64,000 nucleotides of DNA from Tubulanus polymorphus (taxonomy: Eukaryota; Animalia; Nemertea): positions 30,352,150 to 30,416,149 of the forward strand of contig NC_134026.1 of assembly GCF_964204645.1 (NCBI RefSeq). Direction: 5' to 3'. The notes under the pieces were generated by a model. It made no database searches and was not told the origin of the DNA. It saw nothing but the letters and a program-made list of their open reading frames with translations. Shown here piece by piece: positions 14,243-28,849 of the stretch; positions within the stretch are counted from its first letter, which is position 1; every line of letters starts with the position of its first letter. Position numbers and translations under genes: made by a program.

Positions 14243-15197
14243 ACGGCAAAAACTGGGAATTCGAATATGCTTTTCACCACGCATCTCTTTATCAATACAT
14301 AATACACAAAATGTAATTAATTGTTACATTTTCTGTTTATAAAACATGGAAAACCTGGAAATTTGCTAAAAATTTACGAAAACTGAGTTTAACCACCCTA
14401 CTTAAAATTCATTGATTGTGGCAGCTCCAGAGGAAAGAAGATCGATCTAGTCGTACAAAAACAAACACTATTCTTGTTAATATCGATATTTTGAATTTAT
14501 TAGATATTTTTACTCGACTAAAATTTACTACAATTAATGATAATGTTTAATAATTCACAATTAATAAGAAGCACCATGTTACAAAAACATATAGATATTA
14601 TATTTATGTATGTATATAGTAAGGTTTCTGCTAGTATTAACAGGGATATAGTTTTTATGTTGCTACCAAAACAATCAGTTTAGTGGGGAAATTCTAAATG
14701 GTATCAACAACTTGTTAGATTGAAACCATTCTATTTTGGTCTTTGTTAAGACACTATCAGAGGACACACACTAATTCAGTACCATCTTTTCATACCATCG
14801 ACAGCACATGAAACACATGCAGAAATTCCATGAATGATTCGACAATTAAACTTTAAATTGTCGGCTTATCGATTAAACGTGGAAGAATAGAAAGTGAATT
14901 TTCAAGGACGGATGAACTTCTAACTAAACATGTAAAATAGCTTTCAGAAGTTCAATAGAGGTTCTTATACGTGACGTCATAATCTAAGAGATAAATAACC
15001 TCAAAATATTAATTACATGATCACGTCCACAATAGATGAGATTTCCAAACTGAAATTTGTATTTTTCGATGGTGAGAATCAAACAGTTTGATGATCTACC
15101 ATCCTCCCTGCCGAGGGAGGAGGATGATCTACTCGCTGACTGCAGTTTATTTGAACGTTGGTGGAATTCTATTTCAACAGATTTTGATGTTGTTATT

Positions 15198-17903
15198 TTA
15201 CCAATGGGCTTTGTGATGTTCGGCAATCTTCGTTATGAATTTTGAATGACTGGCGAATAGTTTAATAGAACTACTGGCATCGGTCCAACGTACACCTACA
15301 GCATCATCACCTACAACAATCAACAAATACTCAATAAACAGTTTCGCAATTGAAGACTAAAAGTTTAATATAACAAAATGTTATGCTATCTCTAACATAT
15401 AATAATTTTATTTTCGAATTTTTACCCTTCAGTTATCGGATTTTCTTAATGATTATATGATTTCATTTTGGAAGTAAAACTTACCTGCTGATAATTTTAA
15501 TTTTCCGACTCCTTCGCCGGACGCGTCATGAAAATTAACGGCTATAGTTTCCATCCACGAGTTATCCGTATTACGGGGGTCATCGACGTATCCTCGATAT
15601 ACTTCTTTACCGGTTTGAAAAACTGCGTTTATGTCTTTCTCCATTTTAGTTTTTTCAGCCGGTGATAATTTCATCGAATTCAACGCTTCCTCGCTGAACT
15701 CTCGTTTTAAAGTCGCTGAGATCATTTCACCAGGATCGACCATTCCCTATAATAAATAAACAATACTTCAGTCAACTCAAGAGATGGATAGGGAAAGAGA
15801 AACAAAGGTAGAGTGTACAGGGAAAGATAGGGTCCATACGACAACTTGATTCCTTAAAAACTCCTTAATGGCTTATATAATGCTTGAAACATCCTTAATT
15901 TGAGCAGATGAGTATAGGTTTTAGAAGATGCACATTAAACAGACTAATCCTAGTTATTTGGCACATTTAGGACCAGGATTTGTTGCCCAATTAGGCGGTT
16001 ACTGAATTAGAAAGGATAGGAATTTCCTTAATTGAGATATGTAAGTGATGCCTCTACATTTGAATTTTGCTCCTTTAAAACTGCTTAATCCAGGAACGAC
16101 TGATCTGTAGAGATCCCCCGAGATAGGGATACAGTACTTACTCCTGGTAAAGCCCATTCTCCTGTATCTCCACGTTTTACTGCTATAAACTGTAATATTG
16201 GACGGCCGGATGTTGCATTGTTTTCTACAGTCCCATTAACATCTCTTTTCCATCTACAGATTTTAAATCAGGTACTGATGAATTCTATTGTCCAGAAATA
16301 AACGAATTAAACTCACGTGTTTTAATTACCGTGTAACTATAGGATCAGCTGCGTGATTTGGTCCCCATCTTCCTAGTAACCCTCGTCCTATCATTCCAGT
16401 GCGCCCTACTGGATTTCTTAATACAAAAACAACAGAAAACAATGTTTAATCAATGCAAGTAGGAAAGGTAAGTGTTATCAATATCATCATATTAAATTCA
16501 TGAAGTGCTTTAATTCAAAATGGCTCTTTTACAATTGAAATATTTCAAGAAGATGGATTATCTTGTGAATATTAATTGTACCTGGGTAATCCATTTTCTA
16601 TAAGGTACGGTCCATTATGACTTCGACGATCTACGTTTAAATCTAATTCATTGAACTTCATTAAAACATCTTTATTTTCTGGAATCCTGTATGAATGAAA
16701 AAACATCCTACGAATATTAATATCTGTTAACACGTATTATATCTATTTCAAATTCTCTGAAAGGACGTTGGGCGACAGACATAACTCAATCAGATAAAAT
16801 TTTCAGGTTTGATTTTACCTGGGATCGGGGTCGGCCCAGAATGGAATCGGTTTTGATATTACTTTTTCCGAGGTATAATCGATAGGTGCGTATTCGGGAA
16901 ATGCGACGTCCCAATGAACTTTGTCGTCTGGAACTACGAAACGTTTAACCGTGTCATTGCGAGGGTATGGTTCTTTTCGGCACTTCACGTGAGTGCTCGG
17001 CCACGGCAGCATTGCTCCTGTAGCTAAACTTTTATTTTGCACGAGATAGTTCACCTACAAGCAAAAAAATTCATCTTTATCCTAAAATGAAGACACTTTT
17101 CTTTTAATAATAATCTGTCGAATTCATACAGCATACATGGTTTCATGTATTAATATTGTAAAGCAATATCATTACCTTACAATATAACGCTATATAAACA
17201 AATAAATTATTATTATCAATAAAGCAATTCTTTTATTTTGAGAGATCTTCACCAGCGCTTTATATGTTACATAGTTTTGTGCGAGCTAGAAAAAACCCTC
17301 AATACCTACCGGGTAGGTGCAATAAATGTTAAAATACATGTTAGTTATGGAATATCAGGAGTAAACTAAAAACATGGTATCTAAAGAGTAAAGAAATTGA
17401 GATGATAAAAATTAGTAATGATTAGCTATAAATGTACTAAACCGTTAAACATTAACAGTAGACTTCACTCAAGTCAGATCCTTTTGGACCTTGCAAAATT
17501 TGTTTGACTTTAAGAGCGACATCCGAGTTGGATACTGGACACCGTGCTTAAGTGATCATTGCTGGGACGATTTGAATTGCAAATACAAATTGAGACTCAA
17601 AAATAGAGCAACTTTTGAAATGTTAGGACAAGCAGTCTACTGTACATCGATACACAACAGATTTCTATTAAAAAACGACGATTTTGGAAACTGTTAAAAA
17701 TGTGCGAAATGTTAGAAATTTGAAATCTACGGTGAAAATACAACAACAACAACACAGATTTCTAAACTTACGTCCCAGTATTTAGAATATCCTAAATAAG
17801 CAGCAGCAGCAATAGCTACTCCACCAGCTATAACTGCTATTGTTTTAGGGTTTGTACAAAGTTTCAATATAAAGTGTTCATCTGTGTTATTATTATCAAC
17901 CAT
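15198..17903 (-). CDS. NUDT9: ADP-ribose pyrophosphatase NUDT9-like (Nudix)
   Basis: Exons about 17903-17772, 17054-16819 ([22 protein letters not shown]), 16688-16582, 16418-16330 ([29 protein letters not shown]), 16253-16142 ([18 protein letters not shown]), 15746-15486 ([31 protein letters not shown]) and 15310-15198 ([17 protein letters not shown]). Confidence 0.93.
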
Positions 17904-20900
17904 TGTAGGCAATGACTCAGCACCAGTGCGTTCCAACAATATCCTATAATATACATTAATACTAACTCAGCAATGTTTCATAGCAACCCAGACCGATTGT
18001 TGTAAGCGACTCAATCGTCAAGCATTAGCTATTGTTATCCCCGCATAAAAAAAGCTCGCGTAAATTCTTTTAGTCTTCGATGCGATATCTTTCCCAGGGC
18101 CAAATATCCAAATTCCCATAGAAATGAAGAACTCTCAATGCAGAATTGAAAGTGTAATGCAAAACATATACTACTAATATTACTATCACAAGAAAAAATC
18201 ATCCCGACTAAATATCTTAAATAATTCCATAGCTTCAGCTACAAACTTGAAATATCATAACTTTTCCAACAATAACACAATTGTCCGTCCTAAATTGTCA
18301 ATTTTCATTGAATTGGAAGTATTTCGAAAGATTTTCCAGGATTTTCAGGACTAGCTAAGATTTTAGTTAGTAAGAACCCTTATTTATTTCAACATTCATC
18401 ACTTAGTTATTATTAGTAATACGTAAGGGATACTTTATTCAAAACAAGCCAGGTTTACTAACAATTTCCAAGAAGCTAAAAATACCAAGAAACAACAAAC
18501 AACGACGTCAACGAACCGAAACCCGGAAGTAAAGATCATCACTTTTTAAATCAAAATTTCCTATTTTTTCAGACATGCGGCATCAAATAGAATGAGAATA
18601 CAACATAGTATCATCAAATAGAATGAGAATACAACAGTATCTATATATATAACTTACTGCCGTATTCAATAGCCTATATCTTCTTGAAATTGCGATTTTT
18701 GTCGCACAAAACATGAAAAAAAGTTTATTTTCTACGATCTGTCACTAGATAGAATTCTAGCGACCGCTATTTCGCAATGGCTAAAACGCGGATTTGGCAT
18801 TAGCTATAACGCGGATCAACAAATTCAATCCAACCTTCAATTTATTCACCCAACCTCGTTCATTTTGCAGGCATGACTTGCGATTTTCTACAAAAATTTA
18901 AAAACTGATACATGACCCATATGTACAACCTGCAATATATTCTCATGTGGTAACCTGGTGGGTAATAATCATCAGTTCGAGCAAAATGCAATAGATGGCC
19001 CGATGTGGCCCGGCCTGCTCCGACACTGGGGCTCACGAAATTAACTCTGACTCGAGAATAAGCTACTATCTATTACCTATCACCGAGAGACAAGATTGGT
19101 GGGACTCACAGGTGCCCAAACCCGCCACCACTACTAATTCCATATGGAAAATATCGAAACAATACCATGCCGATAGATAAACTTACATTTACACCAACCT
19201 TGCAGACATTTAGATATTTAACGGCTGTAAGGGCTTTTTCGGGAAGATGGAAGAGAAGTAGTAGAAATATGGCTATAACGAGCCATAAGATAAAGAACCT
19301 CGGTGAGAAACACCAGGAGAAGATTGTCCGGGTTGCAGGCGTCGGTTCCGTTGCCGATACGAAGGCTCCTCCTTTCTCTACCGCCCCATTACTCGCTAAG
19401 AGAAAAACAAGAAACAAAATGATTAAAACTCTCGGCGAAATTTAAATCTCCCTAAAATAAAGGATAATTTTGTGCAGGAGTCGTGTAGCCCTTATGGAGA
19501 GGGTTCTTCAGACAGAAAATGGACCTTCTTGATTTAGCAATACCTGACTTGGTCGACTCATAAAATGAAATTGGAAATTGAACTATTTCTTTTATCAACC
19601 TTTAAAAACGAGGTTGGTCGGATACAGCCATGTTTCTATCGGTCTCCGGAAACTCATTGTAAACTGTATTAAATTTTCGAATTTATTTTTGAAATACCAT
19701 CGAACCCCTGTTGGCTACGCTGCTGGTGTTTCATTGCCGTTCTATACCCCCATAACTATATATTCTACAATTATCTTAAACTGCACACTAACTAACAGAA
19801 ATACTCCGAATCGATTTTCAGCCCAACGAAGGCTGACTCTTCGGAATCTATATTTACAACACGGACTCAGAGTGTTTCATCAATGGTTGTTATGTCTGCG
19901 ACATTTTCATACCACGTGGAATGAATGATTAATTTAGTTATCGTTACTAACAATTCCCTCGTTGCGTTTTGAAAAAAGGTACCCAGCTACAGCGCTGACC
20001 CCAGGTACAATTTCGGCTGCAATTTACATCAATCTTTGTAGTCCACAATTACAGCAACGTCGCGCTAAGTAGAACTCACGTCCGTTTATTTGTATACGGT
20101 ATTCAATAATTGCTTGTGAAGGGTTTTTTTTAATGCTTAATTCGCATGCGTTTTTTAAGAGGCTTTCTATACCACATATGTTACACGTGTCAGATCAGAA
20201 TCGACAACAATTAACGGAAACGATACGTAAAAATGTAGACTGATAATATTGTTTGTTCGTGTATTAATGATATCTACATTTATATCACTTGTTTTATGAC
20301 TGAAAAAAACCCATAAATATTCTTCTTATGTTCGCACACGTATAACTGCTACAGATCAGTTACATATTTAACAAATTCGGGGTCCAGGCCCTGCCTTCCC
20401 ACTGAAGTTGACCGTAAATCGTCAAAATTACTAATTCGACACCCTGTCGTCGGAAATTGCGAACTAGGATGTATCACAAATTTTCTAACAACGAAAATTT
20501 CTCGTCCTTTCTTCTGGACCCCGCCTTCCACCTTTTCCTTGATTCGCCCCGAAAGACATTTCTTTTTTCTCGGTGAAAGATAATTCGAACGTAAGAATTT
20601 AGAAATCCCCCCCAGTCTAGTTTGTAGTACCTATAATCGTTTGGTTACGTTCCCCAGTCCTGTCTCCCAAGGAATAAGATTTCGCCGACGGTTTTGTTAT
20701 GGGCGAAGATTTTGAAAGAATAAATATAAAAGATAAAAAAAGATATAAAAGACTATTTCACAACATACCCGCTGAATTAGAGGTCTTATGTGTTTTAAGT
20801 ACATCCCAAATCATGATTCCGCTATGCTGGTCATATCTGCCCGAGCCTCGTCTGGTGACAAACAGGTGCACGCTACTAATCCATTCACTGTCGCCGTATA

Positions 20901-21542
20901 GAATATGCAACCAGTAATGAATTAATAAGCTTTTTTCAATGCATTCGATTTTAAAGATTTACGCGTAATACTCAATATATATGAAACGTGAATATTGTAA
21001 GCATATTAATTACAACAAGAGAGAGAGAGAGCGAGAGAGAAGAGCTCTCTGTAGATGTAGACCAGAATGGAAACAGTAAAATATACATCACCACTCAGTC
21101 TAATATAGTTTGTGTGTCGTCGCCGGCCACTGATGAAATCATTCGTTTAACGACATATAATTACATCGTACGCTCAGTTTTTATTTGTGTATGATTTATA
21201 TGTTCAGTGCTGCTGTGCTGATTAGATGTTATCTAACATATTGTCTCTCCCTCGTACAGAAACCCGAAACACACTTTAATTATTCCTCTACATTTTGACT
21301 CACCAACAGTCAATATATATAGTTGCACGTATTTCCAAGGTACGATTGTAAATGGTTTGGTGGACGTTTTATTTGGGTCTTCTAAAAATTATCTATGATT
21401 TTTTATCCTAAACACCGCATCATGTCGGACCAGTGGTCTCTCGATCAATCATTTACCAGATAGAAGTCACAATCGGTCCCTTGATGGGGTCCATGCTACC
21501 CGAGAGTCATTGACTGTGTAGCCTGACGCGTTAGATACATCA

Positions 21543-21774
21543 TGGACAATAAGATAAAAACCCACTATCTACAGATTAAAAGAATTTAAAAACAAGAATT
21601 TATTTATTCAATCTAAAATATATAGAATACACGACGTTTGGATCTCACCCTAGAGATCATCGTCAGGTGTAACGTCGTGTATTCTTTATATTTTAGATTG
21701 AATAAATAAATTCTTGTTTTTAAATTCTTTTAATCTGTAGATAGTGGGTTTTTTTTAATCTTATTATCCGTCCA
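21543..21774. mobile_element. Penelope-like inverted terminal remnant with hammerhead-like core in the loop
   Basis: ~90-bp near-perfect inverted arms; the minus strand of the loop reads CTGACGA-t-gatctc-tagggt-gagatc-CAAACGTCG. Confidence 0.7.
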
Positions 21775-24700
21775 CCACGTTTGAGTGTGGTTATCGTTCT
21801 ACATCATGGACGCATAAACTAGATTATACGTCCATGGATACATACAATGTGACTGTTTCATTCACCTAGGGCTGTGGACACTGGGTTCCTCAAGACAAAC
21901 GCAACACACCCAAACTACACAATGCACACGACCGAACAAACGACATCAATGTATTTCTGATTATTACGTTTAAATCTTTCATGATATTGATCGTTTTACC
22001 GTTTGAAAGAAAGATTGACGCAGAAAGAATTCCCAGCACTAACGGCATTCACGATCATATTTATCGAAATGTTTGAAATGAATGATTTATTTCTAAAAGT
22101 TGTAGCGATAATGATGATTAATCAGAGATATTTGAATATCTACCTTGCATCTCCTCGGGAAACTGTTGTTCAAAAGGACAAGTCTCGTGATATTCATCGA
22201 TCTCATTATCTGTTTTGTATTGATTCGAGGAGAGCGATGAGCTTCATCAACTTCATCCGGTGGTGTGTGAGGAGAAATTCATACAATCTAAATATCAGCT
22301 GATTTCAGTATATGAACATTCAACCGTACATTTTGATGCATTATTCTTCTTTCTAAATAAAGGTACTCCAGAACGATCTCCCATCTCAGGAGCCGCCGAT
22401 TCCATAGTTCGTGATTAAGCTCCGTCAGCTCACTTCAAACCCAGAGGGGTGCCAGTACTGCATAGGCATGGCTCATACGGACTAATCTACGTAAGACCAT
22501 AGTCATGTAGCCAATCTAACAACTTAAGACCAGTGTTTATTCATTAGAGTCAACTTGTGGAACTGAGTTTACACCTTCCCGTTACAGTCCTCAGTTTGCA
22601 GTTGGGATGAAGGCGATGGCGCGAGGGGATAAGGATCGCCGACGAGTTTAAGTTGTAACGTGCAGAAAAACACCTGTTTCCATTTAACGTCAGGCGGTCA
22701 CAGCTGATGTTTACAATAGCACGAGACATCAACGAGAGTGTAATTAAAATGGAAACAATGAATTATCGATTAGCAATAAATTATCATCGTATTATTAAAA
22801 CAATCTGCTCTGCGCGTATTAGGATCGTGTGCAGCTAGTGGAGGGGAGGGGTCTCGCGGTGGCGCGGTATGCCCAGTAGGATGGGGGTGATGGGGCTGGT
22901 CGTTTTTCACATGAGTGTTTCTACCAGAAGCATTTTACTTGTTCACAGTTGCATTTTTTGATGCCTCAGACTACTAGTCTGAACTGTAGTTAGTAACTGC
23001 AGTTTCATCCTTTGAAAATCACCTGGCAGCGTTGAAACCGTTAATCGGTAAAGGGGTCTTTTAAGAAAAGCTCTCCCGAAATGTTTCTTTGAGCATGAAT
23101 GTAAACAGAGATGACTATTAGGATAAAGTCAAATAGTTGATATAAACTTATATGTTGATATAAAGTTCAAAGAAACATTTAGGAGCTTGCATTGCGGGAT
23201 TGCCATCTTAACCGTCATGTGCTGCCTCTATACACATCGTTGACGGTGAAATTGTGAACTAACTTATTACCTGCATGCCACAGTAGAAATATTGCGCTAC
23301 CAAGTTAGTTCATGCATTCACCGCTATCGTAATTTATAGGGGCAGCACCTGATAGTGAGCTTCTGGACAAACCCCAGAAATTTAAGTTAATTCTATTCGA
23401 GCAATAGCCATCATTTGGGGTAGGTTTTGAGCGGTGGGATGAACCATGGCTGCAGCTCCGGGAACCAATTCCTTCAAGCCCCTGTGAAGTTGAAAGGGAC
23501 CATCATCAACACAAGAAAACAAGAACTCTAATTAAATCCAATTTATATTTTCTCAATCTTTATTTATTAATAAATGGTTCATTTTCTCAAAATATAATAT
23601 CATCGATTCAATGAAATGCCGTACTCCATTTCAAATATAATACATCTATCTAACAGGTTTGATTCATGTAGATATCCAAACCAGCAGTGTTTACGCTGGG
23701 GAGATAGATATCCAGTCGAGCGAGCTGGGGATGGCATTTTCATAGAACCAGAAAGTTGATATCAACAGATTATTTTACAGCGGAGTCATAGGCTATGTTA
23801 ATCTGAGTTTCGTTTTATACTTAAATTGCACCAAATATACGCAGAAAAAGAATTGTTTGGACGGAGAGATGACCAGCATAAATAGGCCTACACATTGAAC
23901 AATTCCACAGTCAATGACTCATTCATAAACGATGCGAGCTCCAATTCAACACCTAGATCCAGCCATCGTGCACATTGTGCTTAGTAGGAGCAGGGAGGAC
24001 CTCCCTGGTAGGAGAGTGGTTTTGAATTGTCTAGTCTGAATAGAGCAGATGATGTAATGATGGTTAGATACTAGACTAGTATCAAGACTCGATGAACGTA
24101 GACCCGTCTTTTGATATAAGCCTTGACTGTGAAACTGCTGTTGATCCATGTATCCAGGCTCAGTGTACGGTCTCTCCATAATTACAACATACATGTTTAT
24201 GTTTTACAATATATATTTTTGATATTTACACAAGCAACTGATAAAGAGTATTCATTATTGATTGAGGGCAGCTAACTCCACCTTGACCTTACTCGTCAGG
24301 ACTGTAGTTATTTCACCGAGTTGAGAATTAGGGGAAACAGTCAAAGTCGCTGTAAGTCATCATGGACTATCAATATGTTTACAACTCATCCTAATGATGA
24401 CCTCAATTTGTAAAATATCATTGGAAATAGAAGTTTTGATTTAACAAAAGAGACGACTTATAGGATGATGACTGAACTGAGTTTGACTGCAGAAAGTTTT
24501 TCCAAATATATCTTAGTAGAATTCATGTAGATTATGGTGCCGAGTAAGGAGAGGTTTACTGAATTATCATTTTCTGATGCACATTTAAACAGACAAACTA
24601 AACCCAGTTCCATAGTTGTGAACCAAAATTTGACTCATTGAAAGTCGAACTGATGACAACAGTGAAACTGGATCTTGTTGATAATCAGCACCAGAAACAA

Positions 24701-25501
24701 GGTTCATACATGCATCACTCAGTATTTCGTACATTCATTTTTAAGTTGAAATCAGTTTCTCATGATTACAAATAACAATCATCTTTGACTCATTTTTTAT
24801 CACAGTCTTTTTTTCGTCGTAAACAACCCGATAAAAATGCCACCATACTTACACAATATCTCCATTAAAATTATGACAATTCATTCATTTGTTTTTCCAT
24901 AGAACAAAGGCTAAAATTCACACTTATATCGCAGTTCTTCAAATTTCAACTCATAAGCGTAGAACTGTATCCAGGATGCAGTCCGACAGTTGTGAGTTCA
25001 AATTCAAGAGTTGAAAATAAACTCATTTTAACTTTTAACTTCTCAGAATTCAACTCTGGTATCAAAATTTATTGGAAATGAACTCAAACTTACGGGTTTC
25101 TCAATCTAATTTTCCATTCTTTTTCCATACTGAGATTATAATTTTTTCCATACCCTTAAGTTACCTATCGCCAACCGAATTTGTAGGCTCATTCAAAGTA
25201 AATAAGTGCCAATTGTGTCAACACCATCGACAAAGTGTTTTCATAGAATTTGTTAGTGTGATCAGACATAATAGCCTAAAATTCAAAATACAAGGAAAAT
25301 TTCAGTTTGAGACTATTTTCTAATCTTCCATACCTTTTCATCCATAGCCATTGGAAAAAAAAAATAAAAATTTCCATAGCTTTTCAAGTCCGATTTTCCA
25401 AGACTTTCCAAAACCCGTAAGATCCCTGCTCAAATCTGAACTCACAGCTGTCAAATTGGATCCAGTTGTGTATTTACAGAGACAGACACTTTTAGTTAAT
25501 G

Positions 25502-28500
25502 CTATAAAATTTGACTTGCTGAACTCTGACTCAGATAAATGATGGCACCAACGAAATTGACACCTGCGGCGATGATATAAACAGGAAACCAACGTCCACC
25601 TGATGTAGTGACTAATTCAGCGGTCAATGGACCACACGTAATACCTGGAATCGTAGCCTAAAAAAGACAACATACACATATATCACACGTGTGCAGCCCC
25701 GCTTTCAAAGCTGAAATTCAGGGCGATGACTTCTTTTTTCTAAATCCATCAGATTTCCCTGTTTCCCAAGTCTGAGGGCAACATTCCTGAGACGAAGTAT
25801 CCAACCCTTTCAGTGCCTCTACCCCACAGTGCAGTGTATAAATCGGTGATGAACTTAGTCAGTACATCATATTGAGGTGCATTCATGTTATTAGTAATTA
25901 TTCTTATCTCCAATGAAAGCTGGTCACCTGTCAAACATAGTTAAGTATTAGTAACTATCAACACACCGCACCACGGTGTAGAATCACTATAGCTATATGC
26001 CTATTATTCACTGGGCTGGAATTTAAATATCTCCAGCACTTTCAGGTATTTATCAGTCAGACTGAAAGGGTTAAATAAAGGTAATACTCACGAGCGTATT
26101 TGAAATGGCGAAAGAAATGCCGGCATGAGTTGGAGCAACATCAGCATGATTGCTCAAATGTCCCGATGAATTACAAGCACTTAAACCCATTGATATTGAC
26201 ACAAACCTGTAAAATCAGAAACGATTTACATTTGAGAGACTGGTACAAGCATAAGATAACGACAGATATCTACAAATTATCATGAGTCAAACGTAAAAAA
26301 AAAAATTCCACTTACAAAACTGCTAACATTATGTTATTAACAGCACTAAAAAACAGAAGAAATATCCCAGGTCCGAGTAGTCCGATGCACGTCATTAGTC
26401 TACGCACAGATAGTACTGTCCATTTACTGGCAACCAACGCATCGGCAAAATGACCAGCAGCTGTAAATAAAACATTCAACCCTGAGTAAAATCGTACCGT
26501 ACTGAGCGCTTTATTCCAATGATGAGGTACTCAATGGATTACAGAATTTGATGGATAATCGACGTTGAATAAAACATCCCTATACGCAAAATCAGCAATT
26601 TTTTCATATACATTAAGCATTACAGTACACAATTGCACTGACTACTCCCCCCTCCCCTAATGCGTACGTAATAAATGAACGATCCCTATCGTTGTATAAT
26701 GAACTGAAACTTACCGACTCCTACTAATGAGTTTAATATGTAAGGCACCGCTGTATACATGATATCATGTTTTTCAGCACCGAGATGTCGAGTCATATAA
26801 GTCGGCAGCCACTGCATTATTATATAATTAGACCAGTTCATACTAAAGTGAGCAATGTAAATCGACCACAACGGCCAATGACTGACAAACTCTATCCACC
26901 GCACATTGGTATTATTAACCTGTAATCAGAGATATTGAGACATTACACTCCAGACAATAAACATGTCAACAGATACCCGTAGTGCATAGTAGGTTTATCA
27001 TGTGGATGATTGGCATTTGATGTTTATTGATTTGATACCAGGTTAATACAGCTCCTCTAAAACAGTCATTTATCCACGGTATTAACAAAATTTTTGATTC
27101 ATTATGAGGCCTATGCTTCTTACGGGCAAGAAAATCCAAAATTTCCTAATATTTCCCCTATCATGTAAGTATTTTTCAAAAAGTACTAGAAAATCCAGAC
27201 CATATTGAAGTACAGTCAAGATCAGACACAATTCTCAGTAAATATTTCACCTTCGGGGGTTGAATGAATTCTTCTTCATCTGGACCTCGAACTTCTGTAT
27301 ATAACGCTATCCAAAATAGAACCCATATAAAACCTAATGAACCAAAACTGTAAAACATCCACTGCCACGGTAAATGCGGACATACCTAGAACAAAAATGA
27401 AAATTATAATTACTGGTGTAGAATTTTATGGCTCTGGACCCAGTTCCACAGTTGTGAGTTAGAGTTAACTCTTGAGTTAAAATTAATTCATTTTCAATGA
27501 GTTTACTCAGGGTCAAATCTTAACTCGGAACTGTGGAACTGGACCCAGATTAAGAATGATTGATACAGTAATCTCCACTCCTATCATTTCAGTTACGACC
27601 ATTGAATTCTTTAGAAACTGTTTAACTCGGAGATGAGCACAGTTTACTGCGTAATACTGACCACAGCAGCAACTGTCTGACCGATTGATCCCAGAGATAT
27701 TAAATAACCAAATGCACGTGACCGCTCTTCAAGAGGTATGGTATGAGCGAATATATGAAATACGGTGGGCAAACCTGAAAAATAGCAGGAAAAAAATATT
27801 AGATCAACTTTTCAAAACATTTTCATTTTCAGCTAATGATCGTTTCAATAACTTACCCAAACCTTCGCCAATACCTAAAAGCACTCGTAGGAATATTAAA
27901 GAATATATCGAATTGGCAAAAAATGGCGTAATGAATGTAGATAATGACCATAAAAATACGGCTAACGTTAGAATCCTTTTTCCTCCGTATTTCTCAGCAG
28001 CTCTTCCTCCGATAACCTTACAAATAAAAACAAATTTACTTTTAGTAAATAAGCAATTATACGCCTAGAATAATCAGCGAAATTATGTCCTCAACGCTTA
28101 AGTCATTTCTGGATTTGAAACACAAATCAAGACTCAAAAATATAGACACAATTTCAGTAATTTTCCCAACTGCTGTTTAATCACAATAGTGTTCCTAGTT
28201 CTATTAGACTGGCCTGTGGACGTGGTGGTGTTCATGTTTCTAAGCGTGCTTTGATAAACTCATTTTCAAAAACTCATTCAAAGACATTTTAGTTAGTATT
28301 TTCCTTGTAACCCGAACCCCTAGACTTCCAAAATATGTTCGTCATCAAATGCACTTCAAACTGGATTTTTAAATGTAGAAGAAATTGAGCGCAGTTTCAC
28401 GAAAAAGTTTAAGCCTAAAACGGTTAAATTTGAATTGTTGTCCTCATTGAAAACATGAAGTAACCAATGGCGATTCAACCAAAAATTTGAGTTTAACTTT

Positions 28501-28849
28501 TTTGTGAAACCGGACCCTGAAAACCATTTATCCACTTGTGAACCCGAAGAATTCTTACTTGCCACAGGACAGTTGGAGGTTGCCCATTATGATAATAATA
28601 ATAATGTAACGATAAACCAGCTGCCCGCGGAGGTAAACTTTATTCTGGTCATTTTCTTACCATACTTCCCATATAACCAGCAGCGAATGAACTGAGTACC
28701 CAACCTTGTCCGTGCATGTCCCATTTGAACTGATCGGTCATTTGTATGATCGCGATAGGCATAATGACTCGATCGGCGGAGTTGATGAAGTTCGCTAGAG
28801 CACACAGCGCTATCGTATTCGACGGTTTAGTAAAAGAAAGTCTAAACAT
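25502..28849 (-). CDS. SLC17 / MFS anion:cation symporter family transporter
   Basis: Exons about 28849-28661 (ANFINSADRVIMPIAI..GWVLSSFAAGY), 28016-27858 (GGRAAEKYGGKRIL..LRVLLGIGEG), 27774-27662 (EERSRAFG), 27385-27252 (WQWMFYSFGSLG), 26919-26716 (WLPTY), 26461-26315, 26206-26092 (AGISFAISN) and 25657-25502 (ATIPG..SQIL*). Confidence 0.9.
27435..27549. mobile_element. Short MITE (ccagttccacagtt..aactgtggaactgg family)
   Basis: Inverted termini; related fragments near 7310/7676, 24600-24675, 53742, 61085 and in the 10705 array. Confidence 0.6.

Noticed and set aside
19106-19445. ORF with hydrophobic stretch (FFILWLVIAIFLLLLF)
   Set aside because: No ATG start and no linked exons found; cannot be supported as a gene.
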